Positions 20,529 to 29,833 of a DNA stretch of 64,000 nt are shown piece by piece. The notes under the pieces were generated by a model that had not been told where the DNA came from, made no database searches, and worked only from the letters and a program-made list of their open reading frames with translations. Position 1 is the first letter of the stretch; each line of letters opens with the position of its first letter. The translations under genes were made by a program, and so were the position numbers. Source of the stretch: Candidatus Lloydbacteria bacterium RIFCSPHIGHO2_02_FULL_50_18 (GTDB lineage Bacteria > Patescibacteriota > Minisyncoccia > Phycocordibacterales > UBA6899); NCBI GenBank assembly GCA_001821395.1, contig MHLM01000012.1:84107-148106 (forward strand). Reading direction: 5' to 3'.

Positions 20529-20689
20529 GGATACTCCATGTGGTGAACAGTGCGCTTACTCTGTTGTACGCGCGAGCGTATGTTGTGTCAAGAAATAGCG
20601 ACTGCATCCCATTTTGTTGTTGAATGGAATGTTTCATCCCGCCCCGTCTGCTCGCTTTACATCTTTTATTGTTGCGTTAGAGTAAGCAT

Positions 20690-21010
20690 ATGTTTAACTT
20701 CAATAAAAAACCGATCCCTGAAGATCGAATAATGACGTGGGAGGAGGAGGCGACCTTCCCCATTGAGCTCCAAGAAGCAGCTCTCTCGAGTTTGATAGAA
20801 GTCGCACAGCGGCAAGGAGCATCTTCGGTCGATCTTGAAAAACAATTGAATACGATTGAGATCAAGAGACGGGTCATTCTCTGGCTCGGAACTTTTCCTG
20901 ATATAGCAGAGAAGAATGCTGCGATCGAACGGGCAAATGCGGAGGGTTTGCCGCCGGAGATATTCACTACTCCGGAGTTTGTTGCTCCGGAAGTTGAGAC
21001 GCTCCAATAG
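20690..21010 (+). CDS. hypothetical protein
   Basis: ORF only. A terminator-like hairpin lies at 21058-21090. Confidence 0.35.
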   Translation: MFNFNKKPIPEDRIMTWEEEATFPIELQEAALSSLIEVAQRQGASSVDLEKQLNTIEIKRRVILWLGTFPDIAEKNAAIERANAEGLPPEIFTTPEFVAPEVETLQ

Positions 21011-21057
21011 GCGGTGTGCCGTGGTCTTTTGACCTTGCCACCCCTGGTCTTTGAACG

Positions 21058-21090
21058 AAAAACCCGCTCATTAGTAGCGGGTTTTTGTAA
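21058..21090. terminator. bidirectional hairpin terminator
   Basis: cccgct-cattagt-agcggg flanked by A- and T-runs. Confidence 0.4.
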
Positions 21091-21918
21091 CAGAGCTCCC
21101 CTATTTCTTTCCTCCCTTCTTCGGCTTCTTTGCCTCCTTCTTGATGTTGTTGTCTCCGCGTCCCATGTTGTATGCGTCTATTGATAATATTGCACAATTA
21201 TATCATGACACAGCAAAACACCACCGCACATTTGTGCGGTGGTGTTTTGCTTGTTGTTATTTCACTACGACCTTCTTTGGCTTTTTCTTATTTTTCTGCT
21301 GTGCATTGTTTCCTTTTGCCATGACGTATTGCTTATACTGCTAATGAACGAACGTATCTTCAGTGTAGCAGATTTTCGTCATGACATGAAAATGCCCGGT
21401 TGTACCCATGTTGATAGTGGTCATACGGACCGACCCATGCTTATTTGCAAAAACAGGGGATAACTTTCACTACGGAAGGCGCTTTGAGGCTATAATGGTG
21501 ACAACATTTTCGCACATTACGCGCTGGGTGCTTTTGGAGTAAAAAGCGAGCAGGACGTAGTGTGAGAAGATCCACAAAATGGATCCTTATGCTATGTTCC
21601 AGCGAATGGACATATCGTTGCGGAGAAACAAAAACTTCGTTAACGGTAGAGGTTAGTCGTATATCTTTCTTATCAACATCGTGGATACGCGTTCGTTGCC
21701 TACAGCAAGGAATGTGAAAAGTGATGAAGAGAAGTACTCTGGAGCCAATTTTTATGAATCCGTTGTCGAGTGCTAAAAAGCAAAAGTAACGATCGCCAAT
21801 CGTCCTCCCGCATAAAAAAGTATCTGTAGTACTTTTTATGCCAGAGTGCATGCTCATCGAAAGATATCAACGAATTGTCATAGCGCCGCGTTCAGGCAAG
21901 AACGCGGCGTTATGTATT

Positions 21919-22041
21919 GAGGATTGAGAACATAGCAAATTTCTTTGTTGAAACATGAACATGCAAGCAAGCCGTACTCCGAGTACGGCTTGCTTGCATG
22001 TTCATGTTTCGTCTCGAACTTTGCATATGTTCTCAATCCTA
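21919..22041. repeat. about 123-bp nested imperfect palindrome with a near-perfect 59-bp core at 21951-22009
   Basis: aaacatgaacatgcaagcaagccgtactc-c-gagtacggcttgcttgcatgttcatgttt is flanked by the outer inverted repeat aggattgagaacata / tatgttctcaatcct. Confidence 0.7.
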
Positions 22042-22125
22042 AAGGATGAATGTCCAATCGCTACTGTTGCGATTTTTTTATTATCTGGCAGTCTGAGTAC
22101 AGAATGGTCTTCGAGGGAGGCAGGA

Positions 22126-22812
22126 ATGGTTCAAGCATCAGTCAACAAAGAGCAACTAGATAAGCTTCGAAATACTTATTGCGATGCAGCGCAGTACTTG
22201 GGTGTCCCACGCACAAGTGCAGAACGATGTTTCACGAAACTCGCGCAATACTATGCTGAACCGCATCGGCGCTATCATACGCTGGCTCATCTGCACCAGT
22301 GCATGGTTGAGTTTGCGGATGTAGTGTGGCACAGTCAGGATCCTGCGCTCATTGTCATGGCTATTTTTTACCATGATATTACGTACGACGTTCATCGCAA
22401 CGATAACGAAGCGAAGAGTGCGTTGTATTGGAAATTCATTGCCCGCCATGTACTCGAAGTGAAGAACGAAGGATTCATCGCCGAGGTCGCCCGATTGATC
22501 GAACTTAGCGGCGAACATCGTACGGACCCTGTCACTGATCCTGATGCCGCGCTCTTCCTCGACGTCGACATGTCGATTCTAGGAGCTGACGCACCGGAGT
22601 ACGACGCATATGCGGCCGCAGTGCGACAGGAGTATGCGCACTGCAGTGACGATGAATGGGCGTTTGGTCGCGTTGCGAAGTTCCTTGATCCGACCTTGTG
22701 TGAGGACAGAATATTTCTCACTGATATCTTTCGTCAAAAATATGAAGAAAATGCGCGCGCAAACCTGATGGAAGAGCGTTGCCGCTATCAAAAAAACCTA
22801 CCGCTCGCATGA
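22126..22812 (+). CDS. HD-domain metal-dependent phosphohydrolase
   Basis: Ordered H...HD...D motifs: YHTLAHLHQ, IFYHDITYD, FLDVDMSILG. GAGGGAGG RBS precedes the ATG at 22126. Confidence 0.55.
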   Translation: MVQASVNKEQLDKLRNTYCDAAQYLGVPRTSAERCFTKLAQYYAEPHRRYHTLAHLHQCMVEFADVVWHSQDPALIVMAIFYHDITYDVHRNDNEAKSALYWKFIARHVLEVKNEGFIAEVARLIELSGEHRTDPVTDPDAALFLDVDMSILGADAPEYDAYAAAVRQEYAHCSDDEWAFGRVAKFLDPTLCEDRIFLTDIFRQKYEENARANLMEERCRYQKNLPLA

Positions 22813-22824
22813 GCGGTTTTTTCT
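22799..22824 (+). terminator. rho-independent terminator overlapping the stop codon
   Basis: ccgctc-gcat-gagcgg plus TTTTTT. Confidence 0.6.
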
Positions 22825-22911
22825 TGACAAAGAGTATTTGTTGTGGAGAATCAAGAACGGCAGTCCCAATAGGGAAAGCCGTTCTTTTACAACCAACCGA
22901 AAGGATAACTC

Positions 22912-23760
22912 ATGAGCGAGATAGCCGAAAAAGTAAACCCATCGACCGATGGGCAGATGAAAGACCTCACCAGCGTTCTGGTGACCGCCATGCCCGATCA
23001 CGAAAAATTCCCACGGGAACAAATCGAGTATTGGATGAAAAACAAGCGCTTGCTCGCGGCAAAGGTGCGCGCAGTGCTTGAGGGGGCCCCACGTGGCCTT
23101 GGGCAAACAACGCAAGAAGTGCTGCAATCCTGGGAGCGATTTTATCGCGAGATACTCAAAATAAAAGTCGACTTCTCGGATATCGATACTCCGCCACGTT
23201 TTAGTGAATTTAAGGCCATTATTCCCGTGATCTCATCTATTTCCGCAGAAGAAATTGTCGGTTTACTCACGAAAAATTTCAATCATGAATTTAGTTTGAG
23301 AGACTTTCAGTGCAACTTAGATGAGCTCTCGCACTTGCGTCCGGAGGGGCACTATGCGGTTTTGCACCGAGGTACTCGAATGCCCGATCTCGATATGCAG
23401 ATCACCAGGCAGCGAGCTACTGAGGGTGTGGTCGCGAGGTACACTTGCGTACATCCTCCCGTCGATGCTTCTTCATTTATGAATCCAAGGGAGTACATCC
23501 TTTTTGCGGCGTTCAACGTCTGGATGACATCTGGTCGTCACTCGTCACCATGGTTCGACTACGACATTGCTGGCACTAATTTTATTGGCGAGAGAGCGCT
23601 CCCTGGAACCGCGTTCCCACAGATGGATGCTTTTGATCGACCACTGGCCGCGTGTTGCCACTCTAGCAATAACCATGAGTGCCACATTGAACACCCTTGT
23701 GGCTTTGAAAATTCCTACGGGCGACTTGTGAAAGTACTTTCTTCCTTGCGCATCGCATAA
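22912..23760 (+). CDS. hypothetical protein, paralog of 30268..31089
   Basis: AAAGGA RBS. Collinear similarity to the other copy (W..F..+D...IIP ... Y.V.HRG...PD). Confidence 0.5.
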   Translation: MSEIAEKVNPSTDGQMKDLTSVLVTAMPDHEKFPREQIEYWMKNKRLLAAKVRAVLEGAPRGLGQTTQEVLQSWERFYREILKIKVDFSDIDTPPRFSEFKAIIPVISSISAEEIVGLLTKNFNHEFSLRDFQCNLDELSHLRPEGHYAVLHRGTRMPDLDMQITRQRATEGVVARYTCVHPPVDASSFMNPREYILFAAFNVWMTSGRHSSPWFDYDIAGTNFIGERALPGTAFPQMDAFDRPLAACCHSSNNHECHIEHPCGFENSYGRLVKVLSSLRIA

Positions 23761-23793
23761 CGTGTTTATCACCACCGAGAAATCGGTGGTTTT

Positions 23794-24864
23794 TTATATG
23801 ATGAGCATTCCGTCGCCGAATGAGTAGAAGCGGAATTTTTCCCTTATGGCGATGTCGTAGAGCGCGAGGATGTCGCGCTTCGCTCTTTTGTGTTTGAGGA
23901 GTGCGTCGACCAAGAGCATGAGTGATGAGCGAGGGACGTGGAAGTTCGTAATAAGCCCATCTGCAATCTTGAATTCGTACGGCGGGTAGATAAATATATT
24001 CGTAGGCTTAGAACATTGCTCAACACTCCAAGGTTCCACCTTGGAGTGTTGGATTGCAGCGGATTCGAGGGTACGCATGGCGGTAGTGCCGACGGGGATG
24101 ATGGGAATACCCGCCGCTTTTGCACTATTTATTTTTTTTGCGCTTTCCTTTGTGATATCGAGATACTCCGCAAAAAGTTTTTTACTTTTGAAATTTTGTT
24201 CATCAATCGGCGCAAAGGTACCCGCACCTACATGAAGCGTGACCTCCGTACGCGTGATGTGTTCACGTTTCATTTTTTCGAGTAAGCGATCGGTGAAATG
24301 GAGCGACGCCGTTGGTGCTGCAATTGACGCGGGATATTTCGCGAGAATACTTTGGTATTTTTCACGCAATGTGTGCTCGGACATCGTATTGCCCTTGATA
24401 TATGGGGGTATTGGCGTCACACCCTCTTTCTCGAGCAAACTCCAAAGGCTGCCTTTGGATACACTGGGATTGAAAAAGAAAAATTGCTCTTCTTGTCTTT
24501 CGACCTCAAGGTGCGCCCCTGACTTAAAGAAGAGTTTGGCACCGGGAAGGATCTTGCGGTCGACCACTCCTTTAATAGAGATGTCGCCGGGACGGAATTC
24601 ATTCATCATGAGAAGCACCTCGATCTTGCCGCCCGTTTCTTTGGAAAGCCACAATCGGGCAGGAACGACCTTTGTATCATTAAAGACAAGCAGGCTGGGT
24701 TTGGGGAGATATTGGTCAATATTCCGGAAAACATCAAAATGCACCTTATCAGTTTTCGTATCGTAGACGAACAATCGAGCGGAATCTCGCGGAGAAGCGG
24801 GCTCATTGGCGATAAGCCCCTCAGGGAGGTGGTAGTTATAATCATCGAGAGAGATCATGTGCAC
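23794..24864 (-). CDS. queA: S-adenosylmethionine:tRNA ribosyltransferase-isomerase
   Basis: VFNDTKVVPARL, GGKIEVLL, IPPYI, AAPTASLHFT, TLHVGAGTF, VGTT..R.LES, TNFH.P.S.L are all canonical QueA blocks. Confidence 0.9.
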   Translation of the reverse strand: MHMISLDDYNYHLPEGLIANEPASPRDSARLFVYDTKTDKVHFDVFRNIDQYLPKPSLLVFNDTKVVPARLWLSKETGGKIEVLLMMNEFRPGDISIKGVVDRKILPGAKLFFKSGAHLEVERQEEQFFFFNPSVSKGSLWSLLEKEGVTPIPPYIKGNTMSEHTLREKYQSILAKYPASIAAPTASLHFTDRLLEKMKREHITRTEVTLHVGAGTFAPIDEQNFKSKKLFAEYLDITKESAKKINSAKAAGIPIIPVGTTAMRTLESAAIQHSKVEPWSVEQCSKPTNIFIYPPYEFKIADGLITNFHVPRSSLMLLVDALLKHKRAKRDILALYDIAIREKFRFYSFGDGMLII

Positions 24865-24928
24865 ATGCTATCAGGTGAAGCAATATGGGCAAGCTTTTCT
24901 ATGTTTAGCAACGTATTTTCGACTTTTT

Positions 24929-24951
24929 TTGTCAAGGTTTAACCTTGACAA
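24929..24951. promoter_or_regulatory. second copy of the TGTCAAGGTT-N-AACCTTGACA palindrome, upstream of queA
   Basis: ttgtcaaggtt-t-aaccttgacaa lies 65 bp upstream of the queA start on its template side. Confidence 0.4.
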
Positions 24952-25034
24952 TTTTAAGTGGTGCGTTTGCGGCTACGATAATATTCCACAGATAATCCAC
25001 AGAGTTATCAACAGCAAAATGTAATAATTATGGC

Positions 25035-25069
25035 AAAAAATAACCCCAACCCTTCGGTCGGGGTTGGGG
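25035..25069 (-). terminator. terminator for minus-strand gene 25074..25313
   Basis: ccccaaccc-ttcggtc-gggttgggg hairpin with a plus-strand A-run, which reads as a T-run on the minus strand. Confidence 0.5.
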
Positions 25070-25073
25070 TAGG

Positions 25074-25313
25074 TCAGTCGACCTCTGTGATGGTAAACTT
25101 TTCGCTGCAGGAGTAGAGGAAGCCCTCCTCGAGTCCCCAACAGAAAAAGAACATCCCGTCGCCCTCCTTGGGGGGCACCCCATCCTTATTCGAAACGGTC
25201 GTTACTCCACCTTCGCGAGTGACTTTGACGTCAACGTAGGACCTGGTGGAACTTAAATCTTCCATAAATTCTGCGTGCTCATCTTCGGTGAGTATCGCTG
25301 TGGCTATTTTCAT
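25074..25313 (-). CDS. hypothetical small protein (79 aa)
   Basis: AAGGAG RBS 6 nt before the ATG. A terminator lies downstream. Confidence 0.5.
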   Translation of the reverse strand: MKIATAILTEDEHAEFMEDLSSTRSYVDVKVTREGGVTTVSNKDGVPPKEGDGMFFFCWGLEEGFLYSCSEKFTITEVD

Positions 25314-25476
25314 TGTTGCTCCTTCGGTTTGGTTTTTGAGTCTGACATGACATTAGCACGAAAAATATTTATGTCAATAATTTGATATTCCTATATTTTA
25401 TAACATATTTTGACTTAATTCGAACGCCACACCTAGGAAGTGAGGGAAATAGGTCTTTTGGGAGACTTCACGGGCT

Positions 25477-25585
25477 TGAAATACGCACCTGGGAGCGAGG
25501 TATTGCTTTTTGAGGGGCTACGGACCGCGGCGGCGGGAGTTTGAGGAAAAAGTCAGCAGACTTTTATCCGTGCCCTCAAAAAGCA
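25477..25585 (+). repeat. hairpin-forming repeat element, copy 1 (family TTGCTTTTTGAGRG...CYCTCAAAAAGCAA)
   Basis: It is the reverse complement of 29479-29636 at both ends, each about 45 nt at over 90% identity. It contains an internal long-range inverted repeat. Confidence 0.6.
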
Positions 25586-25750
25586 ATGCCGAGCGTATAC
25601 ATTGACTTCTTTGGGCTGTTTAAGTAGTATCTAGCACAAGGTATTTCAAATAGTTTCACTCTACGCCGTGGGAGGATCAGGGGCGTTGGGAAATCTATAT
25701 CGAAAAATCGCCAAATCGCCCAAAAGGCTTAGAAAAACTTTTATAAACAT

Positions 25751-26095
25751 ATGACAAGATCACTAAAAAAGGGACCATACGTGTACGAGAAATTGCTCAA
25801 GAAGATCGAGGGCAAGAAGCCGGATGTTGCCGGTGTAATTAAGACCTGGGCGCGTGCGTCGCAGATCTCACCTGAGATGGTGGGGCATACCTTCGGTGTG
25901 CACAATGGCAAGGACTTCATTGAGGTAAAGGTCAGCGAGGAGATGGTTGGACATCGTCTCGGTGAATTCTCAGGAACCCGCAAATTCTATCGTCACGGTG
26001 GAAAGATGCAAAAGGACCTTGAGGCTAAACAGAAGGAAGCCGAGATCTCTGCAGCAAAGGCCGCAAAGGGAGCTGATGCCGCTAAGAAAAAATAA
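25751..26095 (+). CDS. rpsS: 30S ribosomal protein S19 (K/A-rich C-terminal tail)
   Basis: KKGPYV...[25 protein letters not shown] match the S19 core. Confidence 0.95.
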   Translation: MTRSLKKGPYVYEKLLKKIEGKKPDVAGVIKTWARASQISPEMVGHTFGVHNGKDFIEVKVSEEMVGHRLGEFSGTRKFYRHGGKMQKDLEAKQKEAEISAAKAAKGADAAKKK

Positions 26096-26104
26096 TTCAT
26101 TACT

Positions 26105-26560
26105 ATGGAAATCACCGCTAAACTCTCTCAGTATCGTCAGGCTCCCCGCAAGGTCCGGCTTGTTGCTACCCTCTTAAAGGGTATGACTGTCGAAAACGCG
26201 CTTGTTGAACTTTCTCATCGCACAAAACGTGTTGCCCCGATCTTTCACAAGCTCGTCTTGTCTGCCGTTGCAAATGCAAAGATGCAAGGACTCGACGAGA
26301 AGACACTCATCGTTAAAGGCATCCGTGTCGACAAAGGACCGGTGCTGAAACGTTCCCGCCCTCGCGCACAAGGTCGCGCATTCCCGATTCATAAGCATAC
26401 GAGTCATATCGTAGTAACGCTTACCGATGGAGCAGTCGCCGACACAAAGACAACAACAACCGCAACCGCCGACACAAAGACCGTAAAGGTAGCTGTTGCA
26501 AAAAAGGTCGTTGCAAAGAAGTCCGTTACCAAGAAAAAAGTAGCCGCCACGGCGAAGTAA
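26105..26560 (+). CDS. rplV: 50S ribosomal protein L22 (C-terminal T/A/K-rich extension)
   Basis: L22 core AKLSQYRQAPRKVRLVATLLKGMTVENAL. Confidence 0.93.
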   Translation: MEITAKLSQYRQAPRKVRLVATLLKGMTVENALVELSHRTKRVAPIFHKLVLSAVANAKMQGLDEKTLIVKGIRVDKGPVLKRSRPRAQGRAFPIHKHTSHIVVTLTDGAVADTKTTTTATADTKTVKVAVAKKVVAKKSVTKKKVAATAK

Positions 26561-26570
26561 TTTTTATCCT

Positions 26571-27275
26571 ATGTCACATCATGTACATCCATATGCACAT
26601 CGGTTAGGAATCCTCCGTGATTGGAAGTCGCGTTGGTTCGCCGATCGTGGTCAGTATCAAGAATATTTAAAAGGTGACGTTCTTTTGCGTGAGTTTCTTG
26701 AGAAGAAGCTTCGCGGCTCACACGTCTCCGAAATTGTCATGGAGCGCAATGACAAAACTTGGAAGATCCTCATCAAGACTGCACGACCGGGACTCATTAT
26801 CGGTCGCAGCGGAGAGGGCGCAGTAAAATTGAAGAATGACGTACTTTCGAAACTCGCCCGCTTAAAGATGAAGCATCCGAAAGACATCAAGATCGAGATA
26901 GAGGAAGTGCGCAGTCCTGAGTCGAATGCGGCGATAGTCGGTCAGATGACTGCCGAGGGACTTGAGAAGCGTATGCCATTCAAGCGTGTGATCAAGCAGT
27001 TGCTTGAGAAGGTGATGGCGAATCGCGACGTTAAGGGAGCACGCATCGAACTTTCCGGACGTTTGGGTGGTGCAGATATGTCTCGCCGCGAGTTTGTGAA
27101 GGCAGGCAATATTCCACTGCAGACCATTCGTGCCGATGTTGATTTTGCACGAGAGAAGGCTTTCCTTCCTTACGGCATCATCGGTATTCAGGTGTGGATA
27201 TACAAGGGTGAAGTGTTTGCCGAGAAGGCAAAGGCTGTGGTCGCACCAAAGGCACAGGGGGCTCATCACTCATAA
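26571..27275 (+). CDS. rpsC: 30S ribosomal protein S3
   Basis: KH and S3-C domains (IIGRSGEGAVKLK, ELSGRLGGADMSRREFVKAGNIPLQTIRADVDF). Confidence 0.95.
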   Translation: MSHHVHPYAHRLGILRDWKSRWFADRGQYQEYLKGDVLLREFLEKKLRGSHVSEIVMERNDKTWKILIKTARPGLIIGRSGEGAVKLKNDVLSKLARLKMKHPKDIKIEIEEVRSPESNAAIVGQMTAEGLEKRMPFKRVIKQLLEKVMANRDVKGARIELSGRLGGADMSRREFVKAGNIPLQTIRADVDFAREKAFLPYGIIGIQVWIYKGEVFAEKAKAVVAPKAQGAHHS

Positions 27276-27288
27276 TCAGAACAGGCTT

Positions 27289-27714
27289 ATGTTATTTCCA
27301 AAAAAAGTAAAACATCGTAAATGGCAGTCGGATCGCTGGAACCGCAAGAAGAATCGCATCGAGTCGCGCGGAACGACCCTCGCCTATGGTGCATATGGAT
27401 TGAAGGCGGAGACCGAGTCACGCATCACTTCAAATCAGATCGAAGCTGCACGCCGCGTATTATCGCGCAACGTCGGAAAAACAGGACGCGTATGGATCCG
27501 CGTATTCCCGGATAGACCATATACACAGAAAGGAGCCGAAGTTCCGATGGGTAAGGGTAAGGGAGATCCTCAGGGGTTTGTCGCAGAAATACTTCCGGGT
27601 CGCATCATCTTTGAGATCGACGGAGTGACGTTTGTGCAGGCAAAGGAAGCAATTAGAAAAGCCGGGTCGAAACTTGCAGTCCTCTCACGTATGGTTACTC
27701 GCGATATTGTCTAA
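27289..27714 (+). CDS. rplP: 50S ribosomal protein L16
   Basis: MLFPKKVKHRKWQSDR...; the ORF-track start at 27130 is an upstream extension through rpsC. Confidence 0.93.
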   Translation: MLFPKKVKHRKWQSDRWNRKKNRIESRGTTLAYGAYGLKAETESRITSNQIEAARRVLSRNVGKTGRVWIRVFPDRPYTQKGAEVPMGKGKGDPQGFVAEILPGRIIFEIDGVTFVQAKEAIRKAGSKLAVLSRMVTRDIV

Positions 27715-27724
27715 TCCCATCTAT

Positions 27725-27916
27725 ATGAAAATCACAGAAATACGAAAGATGTCGGACAAAGAAATCGAGAAGGCACTCGTTGAACAGCGCGCAGAGGTCA
27801 AGCAATTCCGTTTTGATATTACGGGAAGCAAGGCAAAAGATCTGAAAGCAGGTGCAAATGCAAAGAAGGCCGTTGCGCGTCTCTTGACCGAACTTTCATC
27901 TCGGAACGAGAATTAA
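27725..27916 (+). CDS. rpmC: 50S ribosomal protein L29
   Basis: MKITEIRKMSDKEIEKALVEQRAEVKQFRF. Confidence 0.9.
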   Translation: MKITEIRKMSDKEIEKALVEQRAEVKQFRFDITGSKAKDLKAGANAKKAVARLLTELSSRNEN

Positions 27917-27918
27917 TC

Positions 27919-28227
27919 ATGACGACTATGGAAACCAAAACAATACAAACGAAAAAGCAGTCGATGGTCGGGGTCGTTGTGTCCGACAAGATGGACAAAA
28001 CACGAGTCGTCCTGGTTACTCGCTACGAGCAGCATCCAAAGTATAAGAAGTACGTGAAGCATCACAAACGCTACAAGGTGCACGATGCAAAAAATGAGTT
28101 CAAGGTCGGGGACAAAGTGCGTATCGAAACATGTGCGCCACTTTCAAAGCATAAGGCCTTCACCGTGGTCGAAAAGGTCGGAACTCAGGACGTTGAACAG
28201 TACATGAAGACGCGCGGAGCAGCATAA
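27919..28227 (+). CDS. rpsQ: 30S ribosomal protein S17
   Basis: VGVVVSDKMDKTRVVLVTRYEQHPKYKKYVK...FKVGDKVRIETCAPLSKHKAFTVVE. Confidence 0.93.
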   Translation: MTTMETKTIQTKKQSMVGVVVSDKMDKTRVVLVTRYEQHPKYKKYVKHHKRYKVHDAKNEFKVGDKVRIETCAPLSKHKAFTVVEKVGTQDVEQYMKTRGAA

Positions 28228-28239
28228 TCAGACAAATAT

Positions 28240-28608
28240 ATGATACAACCACGCACAATAGTAAAGATCGCTGATAATTCCGGAGGAAAGGTCGGACGTA
28301 TCTTTAAGGTTCTCGGCGGTTCGAAGAAGCGCTATGCGGGTCTCGGTGATCTCGTCGTGCTTTCTGTACAGACCGCAGAACCACGTAAGGGAGTGAAGAA
28401 GGGCGAGGTCTGCCGCGCGGTCGTCGTGCGCGTAGCAAATGCTTTTCGCCGACATGACGGATCGTACATCCGTTTTGACGAGAATGCGGTCGTGCTGATC
28501 GATGCAAAGAATGAGCCTCGTGCCGGTCGCGTTTTTGGCCCGATCCCTCGTGAGATCTCAGAAAAGGGATTCAAAAAGATTATTTCTTTGGCCCCTGAGG
28601 TCGTTTAA
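28240..28608 (+). CDS. rplN: 50S ribosomal protein L14
   Basis: MIQPRTIVKIADNSGGK... Confidence 0.95.
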   Translation: MIQPRTIVKIADNSGGKVGRIFKVLGGSKKRYAGLGDLVVLSVQTAEPRKGVKKGEVCRAVVVRVANAFRRHDGSYIRFDENAVVLIDAKNEPRAGRVFGPIPREISEKGFKKIISLAPEVV

Positions 28609-28621
28609 TTTCAATCGGCTT

Positions 28622-28855
28622 ATGCATATAAAAAAAGGAGACGAAGTAGTGATCCTCTCGGGAGATGATAAGGGGAAAAAGGGTAAGGTCGCTCATGTGA
28701 TGCCGAAGCTCGGCACCGCGGTCGTCGAGGGCCTCAACATGCGAAAGAAGCATCAGCATGCTCGTCAGGATGGAAAGAAGGGGCAAGTCATCGAAATAGC
28801 CATGCCGCTCCGTGTGTCCAAGTTGGCATTGGCAGACAAGCCAAAGAAGAAATAA
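28622..28855 (+). CDS. rplX: 50S ribosomal protein L24
   Basis: MHIKKGDEVVILSGDDKGKKGKV... Confidence 0.9.
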   Translation: MHIKKGDEVVILSGDDKGKKGKVAHVMPKLGTAVVEGLNMRKKHQHARQDGKKGQVIEIAMPLRVSKLALADKPKKK

Positions 28856-28865
28856 TTGAACAACC

Positions 28866-29477
28866 ATGAACGTCCCAACAATAAAAGAAAAGATAAAGTC
28901 CGCATATCCAAAGCTGAAAGAGAAGCATGGATATAAGAACGTCATGCAGGCACCTAAGGTGGAGAAGGTCATCATTTCCGTGGGCACCGGTAAGATGTCC
29001 CGCAATGACAAGAAGAAGAATGAGTTCGTCGCGAGCCGGCTTGGTATGATCACCGGACAGAAGGCGTCTGCACGAAAGGCAAAACAATCGATCGCTTCGT
29101 TCAAGCTTCGTGAGGGTGATGTCATCGGACAGATGGTCACGATGCGCGGGAGCAAAATGATGGGTTTCCTCGACAAGCTTGTGAACGTGGCTATCCCGCG
29201 TACGCGCGACTTCCGAGGATTCCGTGCCGCCTCGATCGATGCAATGGGGAATTTCACCCTTGGTATCAAGGAGCACACGATCTTCCCTGAGACTGCAGAT
29301 GAAGACCTGAAAGACGTCTTCAGCCTCGCACTCACTGTCGTTCTTTCAACGAGGAACAAGGAGGAGTCCATTGATTTCTTGGAGCACCTTGGTTTCCCGT
29401 TCCGCGAAACTGCGAACGAGGGAAAGAAAAAGAAAGAGAAGAAGGTTGACGCCCCAAGTAAGAAGTGGAAGAAGTAA
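28866..29477 (+). CDS. rplE: 50S ribosomal protein L5 (K-rich C-terminal tail)
   Basis: L5 core (NVMQAPKVEKVIISVGTGK ... FRGFRAASIDAMGNFTLGIKEHTIFPE). Confidence 0.95.
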   Translation: MNVPTIKEKIKSAYPKLKEKHGYKNVMQAPKVEKVIISVGTGKMSRNDKKKNEFVASRLGMITGQKASARKAKQSIASFKLREGDVIGQMVTMRGSKMMGFLDKLVNVAIPRTRDFRGFRAASIDAMGNFTLGIKEHTIFPETADEDLKDVFSLALTVVLSTRNKEESIDFLEHLGFPFRETANEGKKKKEKKVDAPSKKWKK

Positions 29478-29478
29478 T

Positions 29479-29636
29479 TACCGCTCAGCATTGCTTTTTG
29501 AGAGCACGGATAAAAGTCTGCTGACTTTTTCCACCGCAAGGGTACTTCCAATTTCATACTCCCTATGGTCGTTGAAATTTAGGTCGCTCACACCTCGCAC
29601 TGCCCGGCTCCGTAGCCTCTCAAAAAGCAATACTTC
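29479..29636 (-). repeat. hairpin-forming repeat element, copy 2 (inverted relative to copy 1; about 70-nt extra internal segment)
   Basis: It starts immediately after the rplE stop. Both ends are reverse-complementary to 25477-25585. An internal long-range stem GCATTGCTTTTTGAGAG / CTCTCAAAAAGCAATAC is present. Confidence 0.6.
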
Positions 29637-29719
29637 GCTCCCAGGTTCGTTTTTCGAGCGGGGATCCGAAAAGACTTATTGTCTTCGCCCAAGAGGATCG
29701 GAGTTCGCGTTTGAAATAC

Positions 29720-29750
29720 AAAACCCGCTCATTTGAGCGGGTTTTGTTCT
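29720..29750 (+). terminator. rho-independent terminator
   Basis: cccgctc-atttg-agcggg plus TTTTGTT. Confidence 0.6.
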
Positions 29751-29833
29751 TTTGAGAATAAGCTCAATGAGGCCCTTTACTTTTTTGAAAAAAAGCAGAA
29801 TCTGAGAAGAGTTGTTTTTATTGAGAGGTAGAG

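Noticed and set aside
21101-21166. 21-aa basic peptide ORF (MGRGDNNIKKEAKKPKKGGKK) on the minus strand ending at a terminator
   Set aside because: It has no RBS and no conservation evidence. It is too short to call from sequence alone.
21441-21857. 138-aa minus ORF in the AT-rich 21.1-21.9 kb region
   Set aside because: No RBS, odd composition, and it overlaps predicted hairpins. The region looks non-coding.
28580-29557. 325-aa minus-strand ORF spanning rplX-rplE
   Set aside because: It lies antisense to intact, well-conserved r-protein genes. It is low-complexity shadow translation.
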